From Stegostoma tigrinum (Eukaryota), in contig NC_081394.1 in assembly GCF_030684315.1 (NCBI RefSeq), positions 4,744,163-4,808,162 on the forward strand: DNA of 64,000 bases. Direction: 5' to 3'. Below, piece after piece: positions 39,725-52,519 of the stretch. The translations under genes and the position numbers were made by a program. The notes beneath the pieces are model-generated. The model made no database searches, was not told the DNA's origin, and worked only from the letters and a program-made list of their open reading frames with translations. Within the stretch, counting starts at the first letter, position 1; each line of letters begins with the position of its first letter.

Positions 39725-41085
39725 GTCAGTGCTGAGGGAGCAGGCACTGTCGGAGGGTCAGTGCTGAGGGAGCGGGCACTGTCAGAGGGTCAGTGCTGAG
39801 GGAGTGGGCACTGTCGGAGGGTCAGTGCTGAGGGAGCGGGCACTGTCAGAGGGTCAGTGCTGAGGGAGCAGGCACTGTCAGAGGGTCAGTGCTGAGGGAG
39901 TGGGCACTGTCGGAGGGTCAGTGCTGGGGGAGTGGGTGCTGTCAGAGGGTCAGTGCTGAGGGAGCGGGCAGTGTCGGAGGGTCAGTGCTGAGGGAGTGGG
40001 CACTGTCGGAGGGTCAGTGCTGACAGAGCGGGCACTGTCGGAGGGTCAGTGCTGAGGGAGCAGGCACAGTCGGAGGGTCAGTACTGAGGGAGTGGGCACT
40101 GTCAGAGGGTCAGTGCTGGGGGAGTGGGCGCTGTCAGAGGGTCAGTGCTGAGGGAGCGGGCAGTGTCGGAGGGTCAGTGCTGAGGGAGTGGGCACTGTCG
40201 GAGGGTCAGTGCTGACGGAGTAGGCACTGTCGGAGGGTCAGTGCTGAGGGAGCGGGCACTGTCGGAGGGTCAGTGCTGAGGGAGCGGGCACTGTCGGAGG
40301 GTCAGTGCTGAGGGAGTGCCGCACTGTCGGAGGGTCAGTGCTGAGGGAGTGCCACACTGTCCGAGGGTCAGTGCTGAGGGAGCAGGCACAGTCGGAGGGT
40401 CAGTGCTGAGGGAGCGCCGCACTGTCGGAGGGTCAGTGCTGAGGGAGCAGGCACTGTCGGAGGGTCAGTGCTGAGGGAGCGCCGCACTGTCGGAGGGTCA
40501 GTGCTGAGGGAGTGGGCGCTGTTGGAGGGTCAGTGCTGAGGGAACGGGCACTGTCGGAGGGTCAGTGCTGAGGGAGTGGGCGCTGTCGGAGGGTCAGTGC
40601 TGACGGAGCAGGCACTGTCAGAGGGCCAGTGCTGAGGGAGCGGGCACTGTCGGAGGGTCTGTGCTGAGGGAGTGGGCACTGTCGGAGGGTCAGTGCTGAC
40701 GGAGCGGGCACTGTCGGAGGGTCAGTGCTGAGGGAGTGGGCGCTGTCGGAGGGTTAGTGCTGACGGAGCGGGCACTGTCGGAGGGTCAGTGCTGAGGGAG
40801 TGGGCACTGTCGGAGGGTCAGTGCTGACGGAGCAGGCAGTGTCAGAGGGTCAGTGCTGAGGGAGCGGGCACTGTCGGAGGGTCAGTGCTGAGGGAGTGGG
40901 CACTGTTGGAGGGTCAGTGCTGAGGGAGTGGGCACTGTCGGAGGGTCAGAGCTGAGGGTGTGGGCACTGTCGGAGGGTCAGTGCTGAGGGAGCGGGCACT
41001 GTCGGAGGGTCAGAGCTGAGGGAGTGGGCACTGTCGGAGGGTCAGTGCTGACGGAGCAGGCACTGTCGGAGGGTCAGCGCTGAGG
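39725..41085 (+). repeat. 32-bp minisatellite array
   Basis: Direct tandem repeats starting right after a truncated SINE head. Confidence 0.95.
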
Positions 41086-41499
41086 AAATTTACATCCAAA
41101 AACCCGCTTCCCCCCGCCACTCCCTGCCACCAACCCTTCCCCTTCAGTCCCGCGGGCCTTATTTAAACGATAGACTGAGGGCTGCTAGTACAGACTGTCA
41201 GGGCCAATGTTTCATTGCCCTTCCAACATTACTAGCATCAGAGTCGCAATTGCCATGCCATTTGTGGGATCTTGCTGTGCGCAAAATGGCCACCGCATTG
41301 TCTTAGAATTCCGCTGGGGCCACATCTTTTTGTCATATTTCAACCAGCTGCTAGGCTGTTAGTCCCTTCTAACACATCATCCCATTTTATGCGCTTCTTG
41401 GCCTCATTCCTGTCTGTATTCTTCAGCATCAGGTTGTCAAATAATCTCACATCCATCTTGGGGTCATGAGGTGGTCGGCTGCGGTGACGATAGGGTCAG

Positions 41500-42090
41500 T
41501 CATGAAGGTTCGTTTGTACTCCCGCACCCCCCCCCCCCCCGCAACTCCCCCCAGAGCCTGTCCCACCATCGACAAGGTACAAGTCAGGAGGGGGATGGGA
41601 TACTCCCCACTTGCCCCTGGATGGGGGCAGCCCCAACAAGACGCTCAACACCATCCAGGACAGAGCAGCCCCCGCTCGATTGGCCCCACATCCACAAACA
41701 TCCCACTCCCTCCCCCCACCGACGCTCAGTCGCAGCAGTGTGTACCATCTACAAGACGCGCTGCAGAAACTCACCGAAGACCCTCAGGCAGCACCTTCCA
41801 AACCCACGACCCACTTCCATCCAGACGGACAAGGGGCAGCAGATACATGGGAACACAAGCCCCCTGCAAGTTCCCCTCCACTCCTCATCCTGACTTGGGA
41901 ATATATCACCGTTCCTTCAGTGTCGCTGGGTCGAAATCCTGGAATTCCCTCCCAAAGGGACATTGTGGGTCAACCCACAGCACATGGGAAATGCAGCGGC
42001 TCACCCCAACCTTCTCCAGGTGGGCAACAGGGGATGGGGCCAATAAATGCTGGACCCAACCAGAGACACCCACATCCCACAAATGAATGA
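41500..42090 (+). mobile_element. L2/CR1-clade LINE 3' fragment
   Basis: Homologous to 20120-20750; ends CCCACAAATGAATGAA. Confidence 0.75.
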
Positions 42091-42618
42091 AAAAGAATGC
42101 ATGTTTTCTCCAAGGAGAGAGAGGCTCAGTGGGGAATATTCCCTCCCCTCCCGTCAGATTCCCTTATCTCGATGCCCTCAATCCCAAGGAATTTTCCCAT
42201 GAGACATGGAAGCGAGTTTGTCCCTGATGAACTAATTTGCAAATCATGATTCACCAGTCAAAATTTTGATCTTGAAAGTAAGAACAGAGCTGATCTTGTT
42301 CAAAGTTTATTCGTCAGCAATTAAATAGATTCGCGGAACAGAACATGAGATGTGTCAATCGGTCAGAAGCAAGTTGTGGTAAGAAATTTGCTATCGGAAA
42401 CATTCAGCAGAGAGAGACAGAGACTAGATAAAGGTAAATAGTTTGCCATCAGTTGAGAATTTTAGAAATAGGGGCAGACTCTGAGAGCAAGGGACAGGCT
42501 ATTCATTTGAGACGTTTGGGAGAATTTCTGCATGCAAAGCGCAGATGAGGTCTGGAGCTCCCTTCCTCAAACAGCGTCTGGATCTGTTGCTGAGTTGAAA
42601 TCTGAGAGAGATACATGA

Positions 42619-42828
42619 AACATAATGGGAACTGCAGATGCTGGAGAATCCAAGATAATAAAATGTGAGGCTGGATGAACACAGCAGGCCAAGCAGCATC
42701 TCAGGAGCACAAAAGCTGACGTTTCGGGCCTAGACCCTTCATCAGAGGGGTCTAGGCTCGAACCGTCAGCTTTTGTGCTCCTGAGATGCTGCTTGGCCTG
42801 CTGTGCTCATCCAGCCTCACACTTTGTT
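42619..42828. mobile_element. Inverted Penelope mini-element
   Basis: 19-bp flanking duplication ATCTGAGAGAGATACATGA (42600-42618, 42829-42847). Confidence 0.8.
42716..42745 (-). ncRNA. Minimal hammerhead-ribozyme motif in an inverted Penelope mini-element
   Basis: Reverse complement reads CTGATGAAGGGTCTAGGCCCGAAACGTCAG. Confidence 0.68.
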
Positions 42829-43739
42829 ATCTGAGAGAGATACATGATTGCTCAGGGATATGGGCCCAAGGCAGGTAGATGGAGCTCAGCCCCCATGATC
42901 CCATTGAATGGCGGAACTGACCAGAGGGACTGAATGGCCTCGACACAGTCCCCTCTCTGAGCCATTGGAGGGAGGAGTAAGACAAAACTTTTCCCTGGAA
43001 GTATTTTCCGGCTCTCATGACAAAAGTCCAGCTGATTTTTTCTTGATCTTCTTCCATTCTTTTACACTTCACACACAGGTGCTTGGGATGGGTGACTCCT
43101 GGTTTCACTCCCTCTGTGAGCAGGCCAGCCTTAGAATCTGGGGGCCCACATCCAAATGCCTGGGCCAGGCACCCTCCGCGTCCTTGTGGGAAATTCCTGG
43201 GGATTGAGGGCATCCTAGATAAGGAAATCTGAGAGGAGGGGAGGGAATATTCCCCTCTGAGCCTCTCTCTCCTTGGAGAAAAAAATGCATTCTTTTTCAT
43301 TCATTTGTGGGATGTGGGTGTCGCTGGCTGGGCCCAGCATTTATTGTCCCTATCCCCAGTTGCCCCACCTTGAGAAGGTGGGGGTGAGCTGCCTTCTTGG
43401 ACTGCTGCAGTCCTTGAGAAATTCTGCCGAGTTTCGCAGAGATTCACCTGGAAAGGATGGGCCAACTTGGGAGGACAGCCTCAAGGATCGGGGCATGGGG
43501 ATGAGGGTCCGGTCGACCTAGCCGGCACGGTTCAAAAACAAATCCACAATCTTATCGTTGCAATCGGGCCAGGCACAGAGGGGGAGCGAGGAAAACTCCG
43601 AGCAGCCGGGAGAGGAGTTGCCATCTTCTGAGGAGGGAGGTGTGGGCAATGGGCAGGGCACTTCAAGCACAAGGTGTCGAGTAGAATTCAATCCACACAC
43701 CCAGTTGCGGAAGATGTGAGCTGTCAGTGCTCAACAGTT

Positions 43740-44495
43740 GGTGGGTTTGGTGGGGTGGGGGGTGATGGGGTGGGGGAAAGGGGGGTATGCCGGGTTGGGG
43801 GTTGGGAGGGGGGATGGTGGGGTGGGTGGAGGGGGAGGAATGTGGTGTGGGGTGTGGGACTGATGGTGGGGTGGGGAGAGGGGGGATGGGGTGGGGGTTG
43901 GGGGTATGGTGGGGTGGGGGGAGGGGGCGATGGTGGAGTTGGGTTTTGGGAGGCGGGATGGTAGGCTGGGTGGAGCGGGGGATGGTGAGTTGCCGGGCAC
44001 GGGGGTGAAGGGGTGGGTGGAGTGGCAGATGGTGGATTGAGGGGTCTGGGGGTGATGGGATGTGGGGAGGGGGGAATGGTGGGGTGGGGTTTGAGGGGTT
44101 TATGGTGGGGTGGGTGGAGCAGGGGATGGTGGGGTGAGGGGACTGGGGGTGAAGGGTTGGGTGGAGTGGGGATGGTGAGTTGAGGGGTCTGGGCGTGATG
44201 GGATGTGGGGAGGGGGAATGGTGGGGTGGGGGTTTGAGAGGGGGATGACGGGGTGAGGGGACTGGGGGTGATGGGGTAGGTGGAGGGGGAGATGGTGGGG
44301 TGGAGGGGGGATTTGAGGGGGGGGCGGATGGTGGGGTGGGTGGAGCAGGGGATGGTGGGGTGAGGGGACTGGGGGTGGTGGGGTGGGGGGGAATTGGGGG
44401 ATGGTGGGGTGGGGTTTAGGAGGGAGGATGGTGGTGTGGTGGGAGGGGGAATGGGGTGGAGGTTGCGGGGGTGATGTTGGGGTGGGAGGAGGGGG
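43740..44495. repeat. G/T-rich low-complexity tract (a similar G-rich repeat at about 52140-52470)
   Basis: Dense GGGG runs. Confidence 0.9.
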
Positions 44496-44519
44496 CAAAA
44501 AAACAATATCAGCAGTCAG

Positions 44520-45050
44520 TTCAAGAGGGCCGGGACACAAGGCTGGTGTGTACCGCTGAGGCCAGATTGCATTTGGAATCCTGTGGGCCCCGTATCCAAG
44601 GAAGGGTGTTCTGGGAGGGGGTCTGGAGATGTTCTACAAGAACAATCCCAGCGATGAAAGGCATGGGGAGCAGTTGGTGGGTCCTCGATGTCGTTCATAA
44701 GGAGAGTATGGGTGTGCGGATCTGATTGAGACCTACAAGAGGCGTGGATAGAGTACACGTGGAGGAGATGTTCCCACCCGTTGGGAGAGACCAGGGCCCG
44801 AGGGCACAGCCTCAGGGCAAAGGCATGAGGGGGATTTTCTTCAGCCAGGAGAGGGACGAATCTGTGGAACTCATTGTCACAGAAGGGCCTAGTCGTTGAG
44901 TGTCTTAAAGACTCAGATAGATAGGTTCTTGATGAGTGGGCTATTGGGTGACGGCAGGAGAATTGGGTTGAGAAACATATCAGCCATGATAGAATGACGT
45001 GGCTGGCTCAATGGGCCGAATGGCCTAATTATGCTCCTTTATCCTTACAG
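44520..45050 (+). mobile_element. Diverged CR1-type LINE 3' fragment
   Basis: Degenerate RT C-terminal sequence and GGGCCGAATGGCCT 3' UTR motif. Confidence 0.65.
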
Positions 45051-46642
45051 TCTTATTCGCTGCAAATGTGCAGGTGCTCCCAGAGGTGCACGCAGATGCT
45101 GTTGGTTCTGTTTCATTTCGCCCCCACTACTGCTCGGTGATTTCAAGTGATGGAGTGGAAGCTTTCCAGTGTGTGATGATCCCACGCTGAGCGCTGGTGG
45201 GGCTACCCTGGGCACAGGGTGGCAGCATTCCCTTCAGGAAGGATTCCAAGCTGGCACACGGGGAGAAGGGGATGGTGAAGCCAATGTGCAGATCGCTTCC
45301 CTTCAGTTTCCACCTTGCCTGGCAGGAAACCAGGTGAATGGAGGCGAGGTTCGGAGAACAGTGCAAAGAAATCTCACTCGAGGGAGAGAAATGACCCCAG
45401 GTCCCTCCTTCTAAATCTAGGAGGACTATCGATCTGACACTCCCTCCCCCAATAAACACCCCCCCCCCAAATCGCTGCCAACCTCCAACCAAGAGAGATC
45501 ATTGGCAGCATTTACTCCTGAGGACCTGAGGCTCCCAAATATTGCCACCTTGGATGCAGTGTCCCAGTGCCCCCAATACCATCCCACTCAGCTTTCTAAA
45601 CTCAATGACTCACCTCCTCTGTTTTCCTGCCATTCTGGGAGTCCTTAGCATTACGCTGCCTGTCTCCTTCCTGTACTCTATCTCACTACTGTTTGAGATC
45701 CGACCCACTGCAGTGGTGATGTCAACCAATTTGTAACTGGGGTTAGCGCAGAATTTGCTCACACAGTCATACATGCAGGAGGAATGGAGTAAGGGGACTG
45801 AGTGTGCAGCTTCATGGGGCATGCCATGCACACTTGGCCCTTCTCCTACGCACCCTACTTGCACACCACGATACCCATCTCGCCCGTTTCTGACCTACTG
45901 TTGTGGTGCCAGGCTCATGCAGCTTATAATCCAGACCACGCAGTGGCCCCAGCACACTCTCTCTGTTCTGAATGGGCACATGTTTGCCAACCCCAGCTCC
46001 TGGGCAGGTACCAATGTGCCAGGCTTCCAGCTAATCTGGAATGGATAGGATTCTTGGCAGTGTGGAGGAACAGAGGGGCCTTGGTGTACAGATACATAGA
46101 TCCCTTAAAATGGCCACCCAAGTGGACAGGGTTGTTAAGAAAGCATATGGTGTTTTGGCTTTCATTAACGGGGAATTGAGTTTAAGAGTTGTGAGATCTT
46201 GCTGCAGCTCTATAAAACTTTGGTTAGACCGCACTTGGAATACTCCATCCAGTTCTGGGCACCCTATTATAGGAAAGATGTGGATGCTTTGGAGAGGGTT
46301 CAGAGGATGTTTACCAGGATGCTGCCTGGACTGGAGGGCTTATCTTATGAAGAGAGGTTGACTGAGCTCGGACTCTTTTCATTGGAGAAAAGGAGGAGGA
46401 GAGGGGACCTAATTGAGGTATACAAGATAATGAGAGGCATAGATAGAGTTGATAGCCAGAGACTATTTCCCAGGGCAGAAATGGTTAACACGAGGGGTCA
46501 TAGTTTTAAGCTGGTTGGAGAAAGTATAGAGGGGATGTCAGAGGCGGGTTCTTTACACAGAGAGTTGTGAGAGCATGGAATGTGTTGCCAGCAGCACTTG
46601 TGGAAGCAAGGTCATTGGGGTCATTTAAGAGACTGCTGGACA

Positions 46643-47469
46643 TTCTGGATGTGAGTTTGCTCGCTGAGCTGGAAGGTTAGTTTTCAGACGTTTCGTCACC
46701 ATTCTAGGTAACATCATCAGTGAGCCTCTGGTGAAGCACTGGTGTTATGTCTCGCTTTCTATTTATCTGGTTAGGTTTCCTTGGGTTGGTGATGTCATTT
46801 CCTGTTCTTTTTCTCAGGGGATGGTAGATTGGCTCCAAATCAATGTGTTTGTTGATGGAATTCCGGTTGGAATGCTATACTTCTAGGAATTCTCGTGCGT
46901 GACTCTGTTTGGCTTGTCCTAGGATGGATGTGTTGTGCCAATCAAAGTGGTGTCCTTCCTCATCTGTGTGTAAGGATACGAGTGATAGTGGGTCATGTCG
47001 TTTTGTGGCTAGTTGATGTTCATGTATCCTGGTGGCTAGCTTCCTGCCAGGATACATGAACATCAACTAGCCACAAAACGACATGACCCACTATCACTCG
47101 TATCCTTACACACAGATGAGGAAGGACACCACTTTGATTGGCACAACACATCCATCCTAGGACAAGCCAAACAGTGACATGCACGAGAATTCCTAGAAGC
47201 ATGGCATTCCAACCGGAATTCCATCAACAAACACATTGATTTGGAGCCAATCTACCATCCCCTGAGAAAAAGAGCAGGAAATGACATCACCAACCCAAGG
47301 AAACCTAACCAGATAAATAGAAAGCGAGACATAACACCAGCGCTTCACCAGAGGCTCACTGATGATGTTACCTAGAATGGTGACGAAACGTCTGAAAACT
47401 AACCTTCCAGCTCAGCGAGGAAACTCACATCCAGAACATCAACCTGAGCTACAAATCTTCTCAAAACTC
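46643..47469. mobile_element. Penelope-like element inserted as a 390-bp-arm inverted repeat inside a CR1 LINE
   Basis: Arms 46643-47032 and 47047-47436 with a 14-nt spacer and 33-nt tail; flanking duplication ACTGCTGGACAT (46632-46643, 47470-47481); arms translate to a GIY-YIG endonuclease C-terminus (GRKLATRIHEH...AREFLE). Confidence 0.85.
47356..47395 (+). ncRNA. Minimal hammerhead-ribozyme motif in Penelope terminal repeat (mirror copy 46684-46723, minus strand)
   Basis: tca-CTGATGA-t-GTTACC-tagaat-GGTGAC-GAAAC-GTC-tga. Confidence 0.7.
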
Positions 47470-48134
47470 ACTGCTGGACATGCATATGGTCACAGAAATT
47501 TGAGGGTGCAAACATGAGGATCAATGGTCAGCACAACATCGTGGGCTGAAGGACCTGTTCTGTGCTGTACTGTTCTATGTTCTATGTTCTAATCTGCCTT
47601 ACACCCCCACCCACCCACACTGCGCAATCCCTCAGAGGCATTTTCTTTAAGGGAAATACCCTGGTGAGATTTCTCCCTGTTTTAAAAGCTAAAATCCTCC
47701 ATCCAGAAGTTGCCCTTTTAATTCATGTGTCATCAAAATTCTTGAAATCTAAAGTGAACTTTTAACTTCCGTTTCCAACTTCCAACATCTGAATCCATTG
47801 ATACTCCCTCCATTCAGACATTCCCCCAACACCCCCATCCACCGCCCCCACACTCCCAAAATAGACTGCACCTTCTTGGAGTCAACACTGCACAGAGATT
47901 CAGATCAAATATATTCCATATCTAACCCTGTGCTGTCCCTGTCCTGGGAGTGTTTGATGGGGGATAGTGTAGAGGGAGCTTTACTCTGTAGCTAACCCTG
48001 TGCTGTCCCTGTCCTGGGAGTGTTTGATGGGGGATAGTGCAGAGGGAGCTTTACTCTGTATCTAACCCTGTGCTGTCCCTGTCCTGGGGGTGTTTGATGG
48101 GGGATAGTGTACAGAGAGCTTTACTCTGTATCTA

Positions 48135-49070
48135 ACCAGGCCTTTTGGTCCATCCAGTCCATGCTGACCATGTGCCCAAACTAAACTAGTCCCACCTGCC
48201 CGGTCCTGGCCCATGCCCCTCCAAACCTTTCCTCTTCATGTTCTTATCCAAATGTCTTTCAAATGTTGTAACTGAACCCACATCCACCACTTCCTCTGGA
48301 AGTTCATTCCACATGAAAACCATCCTCTCTGCAAAACAAAAATTGCACCAATGCTTTTTTAAAAATACTTCTTCTCTCACCCTAAAAATATTCTCCCCAG
48401 CTGTGAAATCCCCAGCCCTAGGGGAAAGACGCTGGTCATTCACCTTTTACACACCTCTTGTTATTTTATAAACCTCTATAAGGTCACCCCTCAGCTTCCT
48501 TAATTAGAGAGAAAAAAGTCCCAGCCTGTCCAGCCTCTCTTTGTAACTCCATTCCCAGCAACATCCTGGTAAATCACTTCCGAACCCTCTCCAGTTTCCT
48601 AATATCCTTCCTGTAACAGGGCGACCAAAACTGGACACAGTATTCCAGAAGAGGCCTCACCAAGGTCCTGTGCAACCCTAACATAATGTCCCAGCTCCTC
48701 TACTCAAAGGTCTGAGCAATGAAAGCAGGAATGCTAAATGCTTTCTTAGTCACCCTGTCTATATGTGATGCAAACTACCAAAAATTATGTTCCTGAACCC
48801 TTAGTTCTCTCTGTTCAATAACACTGCCCAAGGTCCTACCATTTATTATGTAGTCTTTACCAAAGTCAATATAAACCCTATTTGCATCTCAACGCCCATT
48901 GCCCAGTTGATCATGATCTCATTTTAATCTTGGATAACCTTCTTCACTTTCCACGAAACCACCAATTTAAGGGTCATCCGCAAACTTACTAACCCTACGT
49001 CCGATATTCTCACCCAAATCCTTTAAGTGATGACAAACAAAAGAGGACCCAACACGGACCCCTCTAGAAC
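48135..49070 (-). mobile_element. CR1/HER1-like LINE fragment
   Basis: WNELPEEVV motif and upstream degenerate RT sequence. Confidence 0.7.
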
Positions 49071-49867
49071 ACTGTCAATCTGTGATGGAGGACAGTGTAG
49101 AGGGAGCTTTACTCTGTATCTAACCCCATGCTGGCCCTGTTCTGGGAGTGTTTGATGAGGTCAGTGTAGAGGGAGCTTTACTCTGTATCTAACCCTGTGC
49201 TGTTCCTGTCCTGGGAGTATTTGATGGGGGACAGTGTAGAGAGAGCTTTACCCTGTGTCTAACCCTGTGCTGACCCTGTCCCTGGGAGTGTTTGATAGGA
49301 GCAGTGTTGAGGGAGCTTTACTCTGTATCAAATCCTGTGGGTGTCCTTGTCCTGGGGTTTTGTTGATAAAAGTGAATTTGGGAAGTTTTTAGTCAGTGTT
49401 GTTCTGTTTTGAATTATTTGTCATTGAATGTCAGACACAGAGCTTGATGAAGGGGTTAACCTTTCTGTGAAAGTTTATGTCAATTTGAACACGCCCATCA
49501 TTTAATATGACTTAGAGCTGTGTTCAAACCATTTGGAATGTGGTTTTGAAACTCTGTCAATACAGCATGACTCTCCAAGTTCGGGTCAAATGCAGAAACT
49601 TCTGCTCTGTTCTTGTGTGTGTGTGTGTTCCTGTCTGCTTCCCTGTTGACACTTTGGGTAAGTTTCTCAGATATTTTGTCCCTAGTTTCCTCAGTTGGTG
49701 CCTTTCGCCGCTGAGCTGTTTCAGGGACTGTGCCAGTTTCAGAACGCCACTGCCGTTCTTCATTTCTCTCTCACCGCCCTCCTCTCTGTCTATTTTGCGG
49801 TGTGTTTCACTCCTGTGTCTGTTTTAGTCAGTCTTTGGTCTCTCCTTCAGTTTCAGCGTCCCCTGTA

Positions 49868-50455
49868 TCTGGTGGCTCAGTGGTCAACACTGCAGCCTCA
49901 CAGCACCAGGGTTCTGGGTTCGATTCCAACCTCAGGCGACTGTCTGTGTGGAGTTTGCACATTCTCCCCGCGTCTGCGTGGGTTTCCTCCTACAGTCCAC
50001 AGATGTAAGTCATAGAGTCCCTACAGTGTGGAAACAGGCCCTTCAGCCCAACAAGTCCACACCGATCCTCAGAGCAGCCCCCCCTAATCTACACAGATCC
50101 CTAAACATTATGGGCAATTTTAAGCATGGACAATCCACCCACCCTGTACATCTCTGGACTGTGGGAGGAAACCCGCGCAGACCCGGGGAGAATGTGCAAA
50201 CACCACACAGACAGTCACTCAAAGGTCGAATTGATCCCTGGTGCTGTGAGGCCGCAGTGCCAACTATCATGCCACCCCATGTGTGGTGACAGGGTGGGCT
50301 GGCCAAGTTAAATTGCCTAGTAGTGTCCAGGGGTGTATAGGATAGACATGGGAAATGCAAAGGAAGGGGCAAGGGAGAAGGGGGAAGGGTGTGGTTGGGA
50401 TACTTTTTGGAGTGTCATGGGCTGAGTGGCCTGCTTTCACATTGAAGGGATTCTG
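49868..50455. mobile_element. Nested pair of HE1/V-SINE-like elements (minus copy about 50010-50280 inside a plus copy)
   Basis: Plus-strand head at 49870 is interrupted by an antiparallel copy, then resumes. Confidence 0.7.
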
Positions 50456-50521
50456 TGTGTCTTCTGCTTATGTCTATGTCACTTATTACCTGTGAGTATC
50501 TCTCTTTCCGGCCCTCCATCG

Positions 50522-50553
<32 letters not shown>

Positions 50554-50584
50554 TGTCTGCTACTGTTTCTCTTTTTCCCTGTGT

Positions 50585-50620
<36 letters not shown>

Positions 50621-51269
50621 TAAAGGCATAAATTTTTGTTTCTTTTTATATCTTTCCTTTCTCTCTAGTTTTATTCCGATCTCTCCCTGTCTCTTTCTTG
50701 ATCTGTTTCTCCCCCAAAGCCCCACAGTCCCTCTCCACACAGCCTTTGCTCTCACTGCGTCCTGGGAATGGGTCCAGAGGACCGGGTCCTCAAGCCCATG
50801 ACATCATTCCTGATCTGAGACTTCGTGTGTCTGTGCTTGCCTTGTCCACACCAACACGGGAACTGGGGTCATCCTGACAGATTTAAAACCAGCTGCAGGA
50901 ACAATTTCCTAAAATTCAGTGTGAATGATACTTTATTTCCACATCACTATTGAAAGGTCAGGTCAAAGTTTTAGATGGTAGCACCCTAGCAATTTCTCTG
51001 ACCTCCATATTAATTCCATCTGTTCCCTGTGTACATTTATATCTTCCAGAGCACCAGCATTTCACAGCCTAAATTCCAGAGAGCCTGTGTGAGATCATCA
51101 GTTGACATTTAGAAGCCCAGACAGTTCAGCAATCTTTGACTGTACACGTTCCTGGATTTAAAGAAATGGAACTGAGGTAAGGTCTATTGAATATCCTTCT
51201 GCTCACTCGTCCTCAGGACCTCATCTTTTTATTGCATCACAAATGGTCCATGATGGTCCTGTTTTGAAA

Positions 51270-51880
51270 TACCGCCCTGGGGCGTGGGCGTCATGGGCTG
51301 GGGACCAGCAGCTATTGCCCCTGTCCCCAGTTGCCCCCCTTGAGAAGGTGAGGGTGAGCTGCCTTCTTGAGCCGCTGCAGTCCCCATGTGCTGTGGGTTG
51401 ACCCTTGGGGAGGGAATGCCAGGATTTTGACCCAGTGACACTGAAGGAACGACAATATATTCCCAAGTCAGGATGGGGAGTGGAGGGGAACTTGCAGGGG
51501 GCTGGTGTTCCCATGTATCTGCTGCCCCTTGTCCTTCTGGATGGAAGTGGGTCGTGGGTTTGGAAGGTGCTGCCTGAGGATCTTTGGTGAATCTCTGTAG
51601 CGCGTCTTGTAGATGGTACACACTGCTGCGACTGAGCGTCGGTGGGGGGAGGGAGTGGGATGTTTGTGGATGTGGGACCGATCGAGCGGGGGCTGCCCTG
51701 TCCTGGATGGTGTCGAGCTTCTTGAGTGTGTTGGGGCTGCCCCCAGCCAGGGGCAAGTGGGGAGTATTCCATCCCCCTCCTGACTTGTGCCTTGTCGATG
51801 GTGGGTCAGGGCTTTGGGGGGAGTCAGGACGGGAGTTACTCACTGCAGGATTCCCAGCCCTGGACCTGCACTTATAGTCA
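51270..51880 (-). mobile_element. L2/CR1-clade LINE 3' fragment
   Basis: Reverse complement homologous to 20120-20750. Confidence 0.75.
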
Positions 51881-52519
51881 CAGTAGATCAGCTCACTTTC
51901 TGGTTAATGGTAACTGCCCAGTAAACTCACTGTAGGGCCGTAGATCTGCTCTATCATCGGAGAGAGATGAGAAGTGATGGTGTAACCGCAACACTTCAGG
52001 TGAGAGGAGAAGTTGAGAAAGAGACTATTTCGTGCTAACCTCAGTTGGCTAAATGTCTGCTTTATGTTGTAGAGTGATGCCAACAGAGTGGGCTCCATGC
52101 CCACAATGGCAGGAGTTGAGGTAGGGAAAGGGGTATGAGTGTGGCCTGGGGTGGGGGGTTAGGGAGAGGGGAGTGAGTGAGACCCTTGGGGGGGTTGGTG
52201 GTGGGGTGGATAATAAGTGAGGACCTTGAGGAGGGGCGGGGGGTAGGGAGAGGGGAATGAATGAGGCCCTTGGAGGGATTGATTGTGGGGGGTAATAAGT
52301 GAGGACCTTGAGGAGGGGTGGGGGTTAGGCAGAGGGGAATGAATGAGGCCCTTGGAGGGATTGGTTGGGGAGGGTAATAAGCGAGGACCTTGAGGAGGGG
52401 CGAGGGGGTAGGGAGAGGGGAATGAGTGAGACCCTCAGGGGGATTGGTCGGGGGAGGGGAGTAATGAGTGAGGCGTGAGGCAGAAGAGAGAGTCGAAAGG
52501 TGGAGGACATTGTACTTCA

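Larger units (their letters stand above)
41997..43392. repeat. ~200-bp inverted duplication (about 41997-42199 vs 43187-43392)
   Basis: AAATGAATGAAAAAGAATGCAT.TTTTCTCCAAGGAGAGAGAGGCTCAG.GGGGAATATTCCC... recurs as its reverse complement about 1 kb away. Confidence 0.8.
46038..47590 (+). mobile_element. CR1-type LINE 3' end split by the Penelope palindrome
   Basis: LYKTLVRPHLEYSIQFWAPYYRKD...RGDLIEVYK; resumes at 47470 and ends in TTCTATG repeats. Confidence 0.88.

Noticed and set aside
43724-44540. Proline-rich extensin-like ORFs
   Set aside because: Product of a G-rich low-complexity tract; no splice or domain support.
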